A stretch of 63,202 nucleotides of DNA, counting the filler, from Octopus bimaculoides (Eukaryota), in NCBI RefSeq assembly GCF_001194135.2. It is 5 parts of 5 records of this genome, joined end to end, with 100 filler letters (N's around TTAATTAATTAA, not from the genome) between each part and the next. Parts side by side here need not be neighbours in the genome. Positions count along the whole stretch, not along the records: positions 23,202 to 39,714 come from NC_069008.1; positions 39,815 to 53,620 come from NC_068989.1; 3 more parts are not named here. One strand, 5' to 3'. This document shows positions 37,543 to 48,262 of the stretch, piece by piece. The position numbers and the translations under genes are program-made. Every line of letters starts with the position of its first letter. Position 1 is the stretch's first letter. Below the pieces are notes generated by a model that worked only from the letters and a program-made list of their open reading frames with translations, was not told where the DNA came from and searched no databases.

Positions 37543-37578
<36 letters not shown>

Positions 37579-37914
37579 TACAAATGTAGGGATATATATA
37601 TAGATAGATATGTGTCTTCAGCAGTATGTGTAAATACAAATTGTATATATCAGCAACTTATTCTGACATTTTACACTGTTGTCACCCAAAGTATTACGTT
37701 CCTCCTTTTCAATATCATTATGCATATTGTTACAATATGATGCTTATATAAGCACCAATATCAAAGAGGTGTTTGTCAGGACAAAAAGCAGGAACACAAA
37801 ACTCAGAGTAGTAACAATATAAAACATCACTTTTTTTATCTCTTTAATTATCATTATTAACTCTTTTGTCTTGATTACTCTTCCATATGCATGTGTGCAT
37901 ATAAATATATACAC

Positions 37915-37957
<43 letters not shown>

Positions 37958-38539
37958 AATGTGTGTATGTATGTACGTATGTGTGTACACACACATACAT
38001 ATATGTATANNNNNNNNNNNNNNNNNNNNNNNNNNNNNNNNNNNNNNNNNNNNNNNNNNNNNNNNNNNNNNNNNNNNNNNNNNNNNNNNNNNNNNNNNNN
38101 NNNNNNNNNNNNNNNNNNNNNNNNNNNNNNNNNNNNNNNNNNNNNNNNNNNNNNNNNNNNNNNNNNNNNNNNNNNNNNNNNNNNNNNNNNNNNNNNNNNN
38201 NNNNNNNNNNNNNNNNNNNNNNNNNNNNNNNNNNNNNNNNNNNNNNNNNNNNNNNNNNNNNNNNNNNNNNNNNNNNNNNNNNNNNNNNNNNNNNNNNNNN
38301 NNNNNNNNNNNNNNNNNNNNNNNNNNNNNNNNNNNNNNNNNNNNNNNNNNNNNNNNNNNNNNNNNNNNNNNNNNNNNNNNNNNNNNNNNNNNNNNNNNNN
38401 NNNNNNNNNNNNNNNNNNNNNNNNNNNNNNNNNNNNNNNNNNNNNNNNNNNNNNNNNNNNNNNNNNNNNNNNNNNNNNNNNNNNNNNNNNNNNNNNNNNN
38501 NNNNNNNNNNNNNNNNNNNNNNNNNNNNNNNNNNNNNNN

Positions 38540-38578
<39 letters not shown>

Positions 38579-38646
38579 TGTATATATACAATAGTATTGA
38601 ACAGTGAGAATGAGGGATCAACACTGCATTTGGTGGATAAAATATT

Positions 38647-38775
38647 CTTTATTTCTGGATTAACAGTGCTACGAATGGTTTTATGGGGAAAGAATTTCCT
38701 TAATTTTCAAGCAATCCACTTAAAAATGATGGTTAATCACCTGCTATGGGTAGCAGTGTTAATCCACAAATAAAG
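38647..38775. repeat. 26-bp inverted repeat pair (24/26) with 77-nt spacer
   Basis: CTTTATTTCTGGATTAACAGTGCTAC (38647-38672) versus GTAGCAGTGTTAATCCACAAATAAAG (38750-38775). Confidence 0.85.
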
Positions 38776-39400
38776 TGAAAATAAAGCATATACATATATA
38801 TATATATATATATACACACGCATATATGTATGTGTATGTATATATATGCCCACTCTACACAATGTATTGAAATATTGAAATACCCTTAATTTTGCTTATG
38901 AAATTACACAGAAATAATGTATGTACAAATGTGTGTGTGTGTGTGTATTTATGCATATGTGTACATGTATATACATGCCCATACACATACATACACACAT
39001 CTATGTATATAGATCAGTACACGTGGTGGATATGCATGTGTTTGTGTGTGTGACTTCAACATTGCTTGTTATGAATGTGTACATGTGTGTGTGTGTGTGT
39101 GGATGTGTGTATATGTATGTATAAGTAATTAATCGGTGGGTTGTTCGTCATCTCCCCCACCTGCCCACACACACATACACACACAATCTCAGTTGCTGCC
39201 TACCCACTCCTGTCTACTCTGTCCCTATCCTCACACCAGCATGCTTTTGATAGATCGAGAGGTGGACTCTTCATTCAAGTGCCGAGTTGTGAACCTGAAA
39301 CGAGAGAGAAACATCAAACGTTAAAGACAAAGGACAGAGGAAGGAGGATAAGATAGAAACAAGGAAATATATACTTTATACATTGTTTCTACTTTATTTA

Positions 39401-39613
39401 GGTGGCATGCTGGCAGAAACGTTAGCATGCCGGGTGGAATGCCTAGCAGTATTTCATCTGTCTTTGTGTGCTGAGTTCAAATCCCGCCAAGGCCGACTTT
39501 GCCTTTCATTCTTTTGGGAGTGATAAATTAAGTACCAGTTACATACTGGGGTCGATGTAATTGACTGGCCCCACTCCCCCAAAAGTTCGGGCCTTGTGCC
39601 TAGAGTAGAAAAG
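39401..39613 (+). mobile_element. SINE family B, well-preserved full-length copy
   Basis: A-box-like TGGCAGAAACG, B-box GAGTTCAAATCC, body GATAAATTAAGTACCAGTT..ACTGGGGTCGAT and tail GGCCTTGTGCCTAGAGTAGAAAAG. Confidence 0.9.
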
Positions 39614-39714
39614 CTTATAAGATAATCTCTACTTTATTATGAAGTAAATATATCTTGATTAATGCCAAATGCTTTGCCTGCCCATCTTCCATTTTTGATC
39701 AACTTTATATACAT

Positions 39715-39814
39715 NNNNNNNNNNNNNNNNNNNNNNNNNNNNNNNNNNNNNNNNNNNNTTAATTAATTAANNNNNNNNNNNNNNNNNNNNNNNNNNNNNN
39801 NNNNNNNNNNNNNN
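39715..39814. other. Artificial scaffold linker
   Basis: 44 N + TTAATTAATTAA (39759-39770) + 44 N. Confidence 0.95.
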
Positions 39815-41244
39815 GGGGGGGGGGGATGGATGGATAGATATTGGTTATGTTTCAGCAAACTTTGTTCATAGTTTAACCGTGTAGAATACATCTTATAGCA
39901 CACACGCACACAGATAGACACACATATACGCAGGCGTGCGCACGCACGCACACACACACACACACACACACGCGATATAGATGAATGTGTGTGGTACAAG
40001 TATCCTTAATCATAAAGTAAAGGTGCTCGCAAATCGAAAAAGTACTCAACGTATTTAAAGGCAGAGTTTGTAGTTTTATATTACAAAGTTTAAGTAAGTT
40101 GTAAGGTGTTTAATGTAGAGAACATTGGAACTTCATATATATATATATTAATCAGAGTGTTTGATGACTCTAGATGTGATGTTTTCTGAATGAAACACGT
40201 GAAAGTATATTATTGAAAAACATTGTCTTAAAATGTTTTACCCGTGAAAATTTATGCTGTTTATATTTTGACTTCTATAGATATATCGATATAAATGTTG
40301 AAAAGTTTCAGTAGATTATTAAATAGGAATAATTTTGAAATAATGTATAGCTGTTTTTGTACAGTTGTTTAGTCCTATGTCAGTTCTGAATGACAAGACC
40401 TATGATTAAATGTTCTCCTCTTGTGATCATCTAGTCTTTTTTTCTTTTGCTTCACAAACATAGTGTATCTAGGACTACAAAATTCAATGTATTCTTTTGT
40501 TCTTCTAGGGTGCGATTTCAGGGAGATTTAACTGTTGTTTCTAACATGTTCGATGACCATGTAAAGGATCTCTGGCTGATTCGGTGGTCGTGTTGTTGGT
40601 TGTGGTGATGTTTGTAGAGGGGGGGGGGCGTATTGGTAGAAGAGGCGAAACTGGAGTTTGTAGTTGACGTTTAACCCCTAAACTTGCCATAATCCATAAT
40701 CAAAAATTTTCAGCCATGATTATACCGTATTTTTTCCTGGACATGCTGTACGTCATCGGATGTCTCCTTCCATTGAAAAAAAAAAAAAAAGACCACACAC
40801 ACAGAGTAGGGTGTAATTTGAAAGAAATTTCGCTGTCGTTTCCAGCGGGTTCAGTGACTCTCTAGATGGCCAGGCTCATTTCAAAATTTCAATTTCTTTC
40901 ATAGTCCTGTGCGTGGAGTGTCGTTTAAATGTATTTTTGATTTTAGGGAAATACATGTATTTAGACAACTTGATATACAAGGGATATTTTCTTCTTCCGA
41001 AATTCGCTGCGATCCATCCAAAAGTCCATGTCGTGTCATTGTTGACACATCCGTCGTCAAAGGGTCGCCACGTTCAGTGTAGAAATCCCCTCGAAAACCA
41101 AGAAAATTTTATATATCCACAAGTCAGAAAAAAAAAAGGAGCAGGTAATCATGTATTTGTCAATAGAGCAGGTTTACTTGCACAAGGGATATAGCTCTTG
41201 TTGAATTGCCCTGAGATTTTTCCCCACGTTTCTTCACGTTCCGT

Positions 41245-41250
41245 TTTATT
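41245..41250 (-). terminator. Candidate polyadenylation signal AATAAA for the coiled-coil gene
   Basis: Plus-strand TTTATT about 555 nt downstream of the stop at 41805. The motif is common in AT-rich DNA. Confidence 0.2.
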
Positions 41251-41804
41251 TCACAGTACAAGGAAGCCAGATGTAACAAGAGTAACTCTATGAACGAAAA
41301 AAAGAAGAAAAACAAGCCTGGAGTTCTCTCCCCTACTTTCAGGCATTATTAAAACGACATTAGCTTTAGCGCCAATGTCTTCCTCACCGCAGAGTAAATT
41401 GTAATTTGATTGTTGATACGACTTGTATTAAATATTTGAACAGTAACTGATCTATAACATGTCAGTGAAAGATTCGGTTTCAATCAGGTGAATGGACCTT
41501 TCGAAAGTGCTAATGTCTAGGATTTTTGCGTGTGTAGCAACAGCAGCGCCGTCCTAGATATGTGAATAAGGCTCCACTGTGGAGCCTAAAACGAACATTG
41601 TAGCGAGACAGCACCGATCAGAAAGGAACCATTTTCTGATAACCGAAGCGAAGAAAGTCTCTTTCACGAAGATTTAGCTATTTTGCATATGTAAGATCTC
41701 TGGGTAAGGTCATATTAAATTTACACCATAGATTTTTCTATTCCAAACAAAGGTGCAAAAGGACTTAGGGAACGTTTGTAGGGTCTGTAATAGATATTAA
41801 GGCC

Positions 41805-43694
41805 TTATTGCACCTTTAACCTTGGAATTCGGGATTTCCTTTGTATGCTGTTGGAGCTGTGTGATTTGCTATTGAGATAAGAGCTTAAGTTCTCGAGGTT
41901 TCGATGCTGCGTCGTTATAAATATATCAGAATCGTTTGGAATTTTCGAGACGGTCACATTGTCGTTGTAGCGTACTTCACGTTTGTGATTCTGTTTTAGG
42001 CTTTTGGCACTGTTTGTGTAGAAATAGACATTTTGGTTGAAATGTTCGAAAGTCCTGGGTTCGCTCAGTCTTTCACTTATCTGCACGAAAACATCGCTTT
42101 CGCTGTCCAGGTAATCACTGTCTTCTCCGTCTCCTATGTCATCACCGACGTCATCATCCTCATCATCACCACAATCTTCGTTGTCTTCCTCCTCCTCCTC
42201 ATCGTCGTCGTTGTAATAATAATCATTATCGTCGTCATCGTTGTCATCAGCATCATCATCAGCATCATCACTCTGGTTGTTACGGCCGTTGTTATCCTCC
42301 TCTTTTTCAGCAGCCACATCGCCAGACAGACGGCCATCTTTGGTCAAATCCTGTTGCTTCCGGTTGTTTGCTTTGAGCAACACGATTTCCTTCTCGAGTT
42401 TTCGTCTTGTTTCTTTCTTCATTTCAATCTTCGAGTTCAAACCCTGCAGCATTTCTTTGACTGTTTCCTGGAACCGGATGAAAGTCGAGCGCATGTCAGC
42501 TTCCAAAATGAGATCTTGTTGCAAAAGCGATAAATTAAATTTCTGAATCTTTAATTCTGTTTGACAAGTTGAAATTTTCCATTTGACTTGTTCCAGTTTT
42601 GACGTGAGATTATTGTATTCGTCGGTCGATAAAGAATTGCTATCTTGTAACTTTCGGTTCAAAGACTTCTGTTCCAGCTGCGTTTTATGGTAACTGGAAC
42701 TGGCGCGGTCAATTTTTTCCTTTGTGCTGTTATAATCTTTGGTTAAAAGATTATGGCGATGTTCCTTCAACGAAAGTCGTTTCATTTCAACTTCCAAAAC
42801 TTTTATTTTTTCTTCATCCACCGCAATACTTCGATTAATTTCCGCTATTTTCGCTAAAATTTCCTTAGTTTTCATTTTGATATCAGCAGAGAGCAGAATA
42901 TCATAATACGATGTTATCTTCAAGACCCACTGCCTCGACAATTTCACTGCTTTCGACGCTTTAGCAAACAGATCCGGAATCAAATACCATATTAATTCGA
43001 AACACGATCGGTCTCGTTGTTTCATCATTGCTTTTCGCGTTTCTGCCTCGTAATTCTCCGAATCAATGTCTTCTTCTCTTAAAACATTGGCCCATTTTAT
43101 TTCTAAACACCTTAAAGTGTTCACCAAATGCGTTATGTTCTTCATTTCATTTTTGGCGCTAATTTCCAGCGAATTTTTGCTTTTAGCATTGATTGTTTTC
43201 AGTTTTGGCAACCATGTTCCCGATGCTGAAGTTGTCCCAGATCTCGCAGCTGCTCCTGTTCTTATCCTCTGTCGAGACAGGATCGATAAAGTAGCTTGAT
43301 TGCTAATTTCTACGATGTATTTCAGAATACGTTCGTCAAAGTAAGATTTGAGGTCGCGTAGGTACTCAAGGTCATCGAAAAATACTTTAAAATAGCGTCC
43401 AATGTTCTCGATTTCGTCGGCTGAATACAATATACGTCTTTTGGTTCTTTTCAAAGAATTCACTTGGCGTTTCAACTGTTCTAGCGACTTAATGTAGCTG
43501 AGAGCGTCGCCTCGGCTCGGCCTTATCGATTCAATTGGGTGTTTCTTACGAGTGACACTCAACAGCATCCGGTAGAAGGTCTCCCTTGAAAATCTCTCTA
43601 TTGCTCCAGCGGACAGCATTCGAAAGGCGCTCATCTGCTTCTCGAAGGAAGTTCGAAAACTGACTGCGTATACATCGACCGGCTCTTCTGTATT
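41805..43694 (-). CDS. Terminal coding exon (629 aa) of an uncharacterised protein with a long coiled coil and a D/E-rich acidic tract
   Basis: Uninterrupted 1.9-kb frame with non-repetitive protein-like sequence in a repeat-rich background. Strong acceptor ttttttttatttccAG|AAT ACA GAA (phase 0). Heptad-like region from EILAKIAEINR to NNRKQQ, then DDADDDADDNDDDD...EEEEED. Family not recognised. The frame is also open upstream to an ATG at 43952. Confidence 0.88.
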   Translation of the reverse strand, partial: NTEEPVDVYAVSFRTSFEKQMSAFRMLSAGAIERFSRETFYRMLLSVTRKKHPIESIRPSRGDALSYIKSLEQLKRQVNSLKRTKRRILYSADEIENIGRYFKVFFDDLEYLRDLKSYFDERILKYIVEISNQATLSILSRQRIRTGAAARSGTTSASGTWLPKLKTINAKSKNSLEISAKNEMKNITHLVNTLRCLEIKWANVLREEDIDSENYEAETRKAMMKQRDRSCFELIWYLIPDLFAKASKAVKLSRQWVLKITSYYDILLSADIKMKTKEILAKIAEINRSIAVDEEKIKVLEVEMKRLSLKEHRHNLLTKDYNSTKEKIDRASSSYHKTQLEQKSLNRKLQDSNSLSTDEYNNLTSKLEQVKWKISTCQTELKIQKFNLSLLQQDLILEADMRSTFIRFQETVKEMLQGLNSKIEMKKETRRKLEKEIVLLKANNRKQQDLTKDGRLSGDVAAEKEEDNNGRNNQSDDADDDADDNDDDDNDYYYNDDDEEEEEDNEDCGDDEDDDVGDDIGDGEDSDYLDSESDVFVQISERLSEPRTFEHFNQNVYFYTNSAKSLKQNHKREVRYNDNVTVSKIPNDSDIFITTQHRNLENLSSYLNSKSHSSNSIQRKSRIPRLKVQ

Positions 43695-44280
43695 CTGGAA
43701 ATAAAAAAAAATGAAGTGATTAAATGAGCGAAGAAAATATATACGGTAGTTACGATAATGATGATGATGATGACGTAGGTTTGTTTTAAAGTGATCTAAA
43801 TTTAATCTTTCCACCAAAATTTCACATAAATTGATGTTTGCAAGCCCAAGGGAAGACGAAATAACGTCATCTGGCAATTCTAGCCGCCGTAGCGGACGGT
43901 TATCGTCCATCAGCGATATAAACACGAGTGTTTTTATGCACCCAAAGTTCATATGAGAGGTTCTCTCATGGTAAATAATGCAGTATTCTATGTTCTAACA
44001 CAACATCTACGTTGAATGGGAGGTAAATATTATGTTTTGGTATAGATATTGCTTCCGCCGCTATTAATTACTTACAATGATATTTTGCTAAGCTTTTCAT
44101 TATTTCCGAAAGAAATTGAAAGAAAGTTACTGTCTTGGAACACAAATATAGCAAAAAAGAAGAGTACTCAAAACTCAGTCTATTTTTCTTTCTTGGAGAC
44201 AAGACGACAGCTGCGAACACGTGTTTCTACCTCAATGCGTGCGCACGAGCGTGTGGTGGGGCTGTGAGTCTATATATACA

Positions 44281-44443
44281 TAGGCGCAGGTGTGGCTGTG
44301 CGATGAGAAGTTTGTTTCTCATCCACATGGTTCTGGGTTCAGTCCCATTGCGTGGAACCTTGGACAAGTGTCTTCAACTATAACCTCGGGCGGACTAAAG
44401 CCTTGCGAGTACATTTGGCAGACGGAAACTGAAAGTCCGTCGC
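44281..44443 (+). mobile_element. SINE family A, intronic, followed by a 540-bp compound microsatellite (44445-44980)
   Basis: Collinear with 61811-61974. Confidence 0.85.
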
Positions 44444-44546
44444 ATATACATACATACATACATACATACAAATCTATATACATACATACATACATACATA
44501 CATGTATATATATATATGTATGCACATATATATATATATATGTATG

Positions 44547-44627
<81 letters not shown>

Positions 44628-44809
44628 GTGTATATATTTGCATATATGTATGTATATATATATGTATATATAAATATGTGTACATATGTATATGTATATA
44701 TATGCGTACATATATATATATGTATATGTATAAATATGCGCGCACACAGACGTACACCACACACAAACAAACGCACACACTCTCACAAACACAAACACAT
44801 GCACACACA

Positions 44810-44886
<77 letters not shown>

Positions 44887-44965
44887 GCAAGCACAAACAC
44901 ACACAGACACACACACACAAAGATATACATACACACACACACACACAGAAACATACACACACATA

Positions 44966-45230
44966 CACCACACACACACCGTTTAGAAAGAAGTTCGACG
45001 TCTCGTTGACCACGGGCGTCGCCAACGTTACAACGACTGTGAGTGGATTTGAACAATGTAGCCCACGATTCGCTCGTTGCAGTGTGTCCACCCTCTCCAC
45101 CCGGCCACCTATGACCAATTAGCCAACGGCAGCAACAGCTGAGCTCATTCAGCAAATCATTATTATTGACCCTTCGCTGCCATTGTAACAAACGATACAA
45201 TGCTATTGGCTTTGCTGTTTGGTAATTGAT
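44966..45230 (-). CDS. Candidate upstream exon of the coiled-coil gene
   Basis: GC-richer block, open as ...[35 protein letters not shown]...[31 protein letters not shown] phase-0 donor (GGT|GTATGT, intron starting at 44969) is compatible with the 43694 acceptor. The acceptor is unclear. Confidence 0.4.
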
Positions 45231-45375
45231 ACCTTATCGATGTGGTTGCTTAGCGACGCCTGTTATTGATATGATAGGAGAGGTTCTGATAGCATTGTTG
45301 TTGTTATTGTTATTGTTGATATTTTATTTACATCGTTATTTGTTTGTTATTGTTTCGATGTTTTTGTTGTTTTGT

Positions 45376-45715
45376 TTATTGCTCTTGTTTTGGTGTTGAT
45401 TGCTCCAGTCTGTTTGTGGTGTTCTCGTTGCTACTGCCACCGCCACAGTAGTGGTGGTGGTTGTAGTGGTAGTAGTTGTTGCTGTGGTCAGTCCTGACCG
45501 GGCAGATCTCTGGCCGACGGCACTCCGGTCCTGACCATCCCTGTCTAATAATTAGGACAACGTCATCCAATGTTTCTTTCCTTCTTCCTTTCTTATGATG
45601 GCAAAGAGATTTCATTGCTATTTCTAGCAGGTCAACAGGCCGTCGCCGTTGCATGGTGCCTCTCGCTCTTAGGATCTTATTCTGACGGTTGAGTGACATT
45701 TTTTCTGGAATTGTC
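45376..45715 (-). CDS. Candidate 5' coding segment (MSLNRQNKILRARGTMQRRRPVDLLEIAMKSL...)
   Basis: The only continuously open frame over a GC-richer block. It is separated from the next segment by a CAA-rich stretch with stops in all three frames. Confidence 0.3.
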
Positions 45716-46050
45716 GAATGGGAAAGAAAGACGAAACGCTCAGAGAAAAGAAGTGGGGAGTCTGTCTGTGTGTCTGTGTGTGTGTGTTTGTGTGTGTGAA
45801 TAATACGCACAATAATATCGACAATAACAACAAAAAAAGAAAAGAAAAACGCGATTCAATTTGAGACCATTGATTGCATTAATTGTTAATAATTACATAC
45901 ACACACACACACACACACCCATTCATACACACACACATTCATACACACACACATTCATACACACTCATGCACAAAAACACACGCTCGCACCCGCATACGC
46001 ACACCACGCAAAAACTAATACACATTCTCATACATAGACTCATAGTTGCT

Positions 46051-46087
<37 letters not shown>

Positions 46088-46340
46088 TCACACACATTTA
46101 CACACCTCTTACATACATAAATGCACACATGGCCACATATAAATAAATGTGTGTGTGTGTGTGTGTGTGTGTGTAGGTGTGTATTGCAGCTGGTTCTTTT
46201 GTTACTTATATATAATAAGGTATACAAAGAATTGATTAATGGTAAATAGAACATTCCATAGATTCTCCGTATGGGTTTCCTAGATACAGCACACACGCAC
46301 ATACACGGATGCACAGAAGGACGAAATCACATATATGTAT

Positions 46341-46393
<53 letters not shown>

Positions 46394-46407
46394 TATACGT
46401 ATATTCA

Positions 46408-46476
<69 letters not shown>

Positions 46477-47046
46477 CTGTCTATCAATACAAAGATCTAC
46501 ATATATAGGNNNNNNNNNNNNNNNNNNNNNNNNNNNNNNNNNNNNNNNNNNNNNNNNNNNNNNNNNNNNNNNNNNNNNNNNNNNNNNNNNNNNNNNNNNN
46601 NNNNNNNNNNNNNNNNNNNNNNNNNNNNNNNNNNNNNNNNNNNNNNNNNNNNNNNNNNNNNNNNNNNNNNNNNNNNNNNNNNNNNNNNNNNNNNNNNNNN
46701 NNNNNNNNNNNNNNNNNNNNNNNNNNNNNNNNNNNNNNNNNNNNNNNNNNNNNNNNNNNNNNNNNNNNNNNNNNNNNNNNNNNNNNNNNNNNNNNNNNNN
46801 NNNNNTATATATATATATATATGTGTGTGTGTCTTTGTGTCTTTGCTTGTCCTTCCCGCCCTGCTGCAGTAGCAACACGATAAAGTGATAGAATATTGTC
46901 AACTTAATGTGACAGTCCCATAAAAGGGGAAGAATGCTACTGTTATTTAGCCCTAGGAAACACCGTTTCTTGCTGGACTTGACACATTTCCTGTGACCTT
47001 ATGTTTTCAAAGTGGAGATAAGCACCTCCACCCAGCAAAGCCAGCA

Positions 47047-47089
47047 TCCAGAGACTAGTTTCAGAGTCATTGCTCATCATCAGTCTGGA
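47047..47089 (-). ncRNA. Minimal type I hammerhead ribozyme motif (minus strand)
   Basis: TCCAGA-CTGATGA-TGAG CAATGA CTCT-GAAA-CTAGTC^TCTGGA: 6-bp stem I, intact core, 3-bp stem II below a U.U pair, palindromic stem III (ACTAGT) and GUC site. Predicted cut between 47053 and 47052. Confidence 0.7.
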
Positions 47090-47155
47090 GTAGCATGGCT
47101 TGCTAGCTGTCGATGCCTATCTGCCTTTGAAAACAAATATATTTCAAGTGAAATA

Positions 47156-47199
47156 CATTCAGACTGATGAGCAATGACTCTGAAACTAGTCTCTGGATG
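47156..47199 (+). ncRNA. Minimal type I hammerhead ribozyme motif (plus strand)
   Basis: CATTCAGA-CTGATGA-GCAATGACTCT-GAAA-CTAGTC^TCTGGATG: 8-bp stem I (one GU), intact core, stem II reduced to one G.U pair, palindromic ACTAGT and GUC site. Predicted cut after 47191. Confidence 0.7.
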
Positions 47200-47659
47200 C
47201 TGGCTTTGCTGGGTGGAGGTGCTTATCTCCACTTTGAAAACATAAGGACACAGGAAATGTGTCAAGTTCAACAAGAAACTGTGTTCCCTAGGGCTAAATA
47301 ACACTAGCATTCTTCCCTTTCACGGGACTGTCACATTAAGTTGACAACATACTATCACATGAGCTTGCATCTTTGTTAGAAACAAACTCCTTTCTCATGC
47401 ATGCATACAAATAACCATGATTTTCCGCTGATCAGATGATCTAGCTTTCTTTACCTGCATTAATATGTGAATATACAATTGTACAATGCTGGGCATACAT
47501 ATTAATGTAAACACGTATGCATAATTTCTTCCATACTCAAATTAATACTACATGAGGAAGATTGCGAAACTTCTAATTTTGAGTAAAGTGGTAGGTGGGT
47601 ACCGATGATTTAAACTTTTGGTGTAGACAAACGGCAAGGCAATATTTGAATAAAAATAT

Positions 47660-47813
47660 GAGCAAACATCGAAATACAATCATTTTGCCAGCTAAGTGGA
47701 CTGAAACAACGTAAAAAAAAAAGTGTCTTGCTCAAAGACACAATCCACCGCCGGGAATCGAACTCTCGACTTTACTACTGTGCGTCTAATCTCCTAACCA
47801 CTTAGCCACGCTC
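47660..47813 (-). mobile_element. tRNA-derived SINE family E
   Basis: Reverse complement has A-box TGGCTAAGTGG, B-box GTTCGATTCC, then TTGAGCAAGACAC and GTCCACTTAGCTGG. Confidence 0.8.
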
Positions 47814-48219
47814 CTTCATACAAACACGCACGCACGCACGCCATCCTAATATCAAAACATTATCCGAGATGTTATCATAATGAAACGCTGTTTTCATTCT
47901 CCTCTTTTGCGCTTCCCACACACAAGACCAACTGAACGAAGATGACGTTGCCAGCAATTAACCAATCACTTACGTTCACTTTTACACCGTTTGTTTTCGC
48001 TTTTGTTTTAGCAAACAATATGGATTAGACAAACAGACAGACAAACGAACTGTTAATGGACATTATTAATCTAAATCCGTGGAAAGAAGTAGATAAAGTC
48101 TTAAATGATTCGCTGAATGGTGGTAGAGGACTTAGAGTTATATAAAGTTCCATAAAGAGCAGCGTCTATCCTCTTCAGCACAAATATGTGTGTTTGTATA
48201 TGTGTGTATATGTCTGTGC

Positions 48220-48262
<43 letters not shown>

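Larger units (their letters stand above)
46885..47358. mobile_element. Foldback element (~200-bp arms, ~65-bp spacer), probably inverted pseudo-LTRs of a Penelope-like element
   Basis: Arms 46885-47089 and 47157-47358 are reverse complements (about 94% by eye; the inner ~80 bp are identical). Each arm carries a hammerhead motif at its inner end. Confidence 0.85.

Noticed and set aside
40900-41110. Protein-like minus-strand frame (GDFYTERGDPLTTDVSTMTRHG...)
   Set aside because: No canonical acceptor or start, short, no recognised homology; it may be 3' flank of the coiled-coil gene.
42033-43299. Plus-strand ORFs 42033-42533, 42241-42546 and 43066-43299, and minus ORF 42134-42337
   Set aside because: Antisense or alternative-frame shadows of the real coding exon and its trinucleotide tract.
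46885-47358. Classical MITE interpretation of the foldback
   Set aside because: No TSD or recognisable superfamily TIR. Family homology extends past one arm end, and the ribozyme motifs point to a retroelement origin. Not fully excluded.
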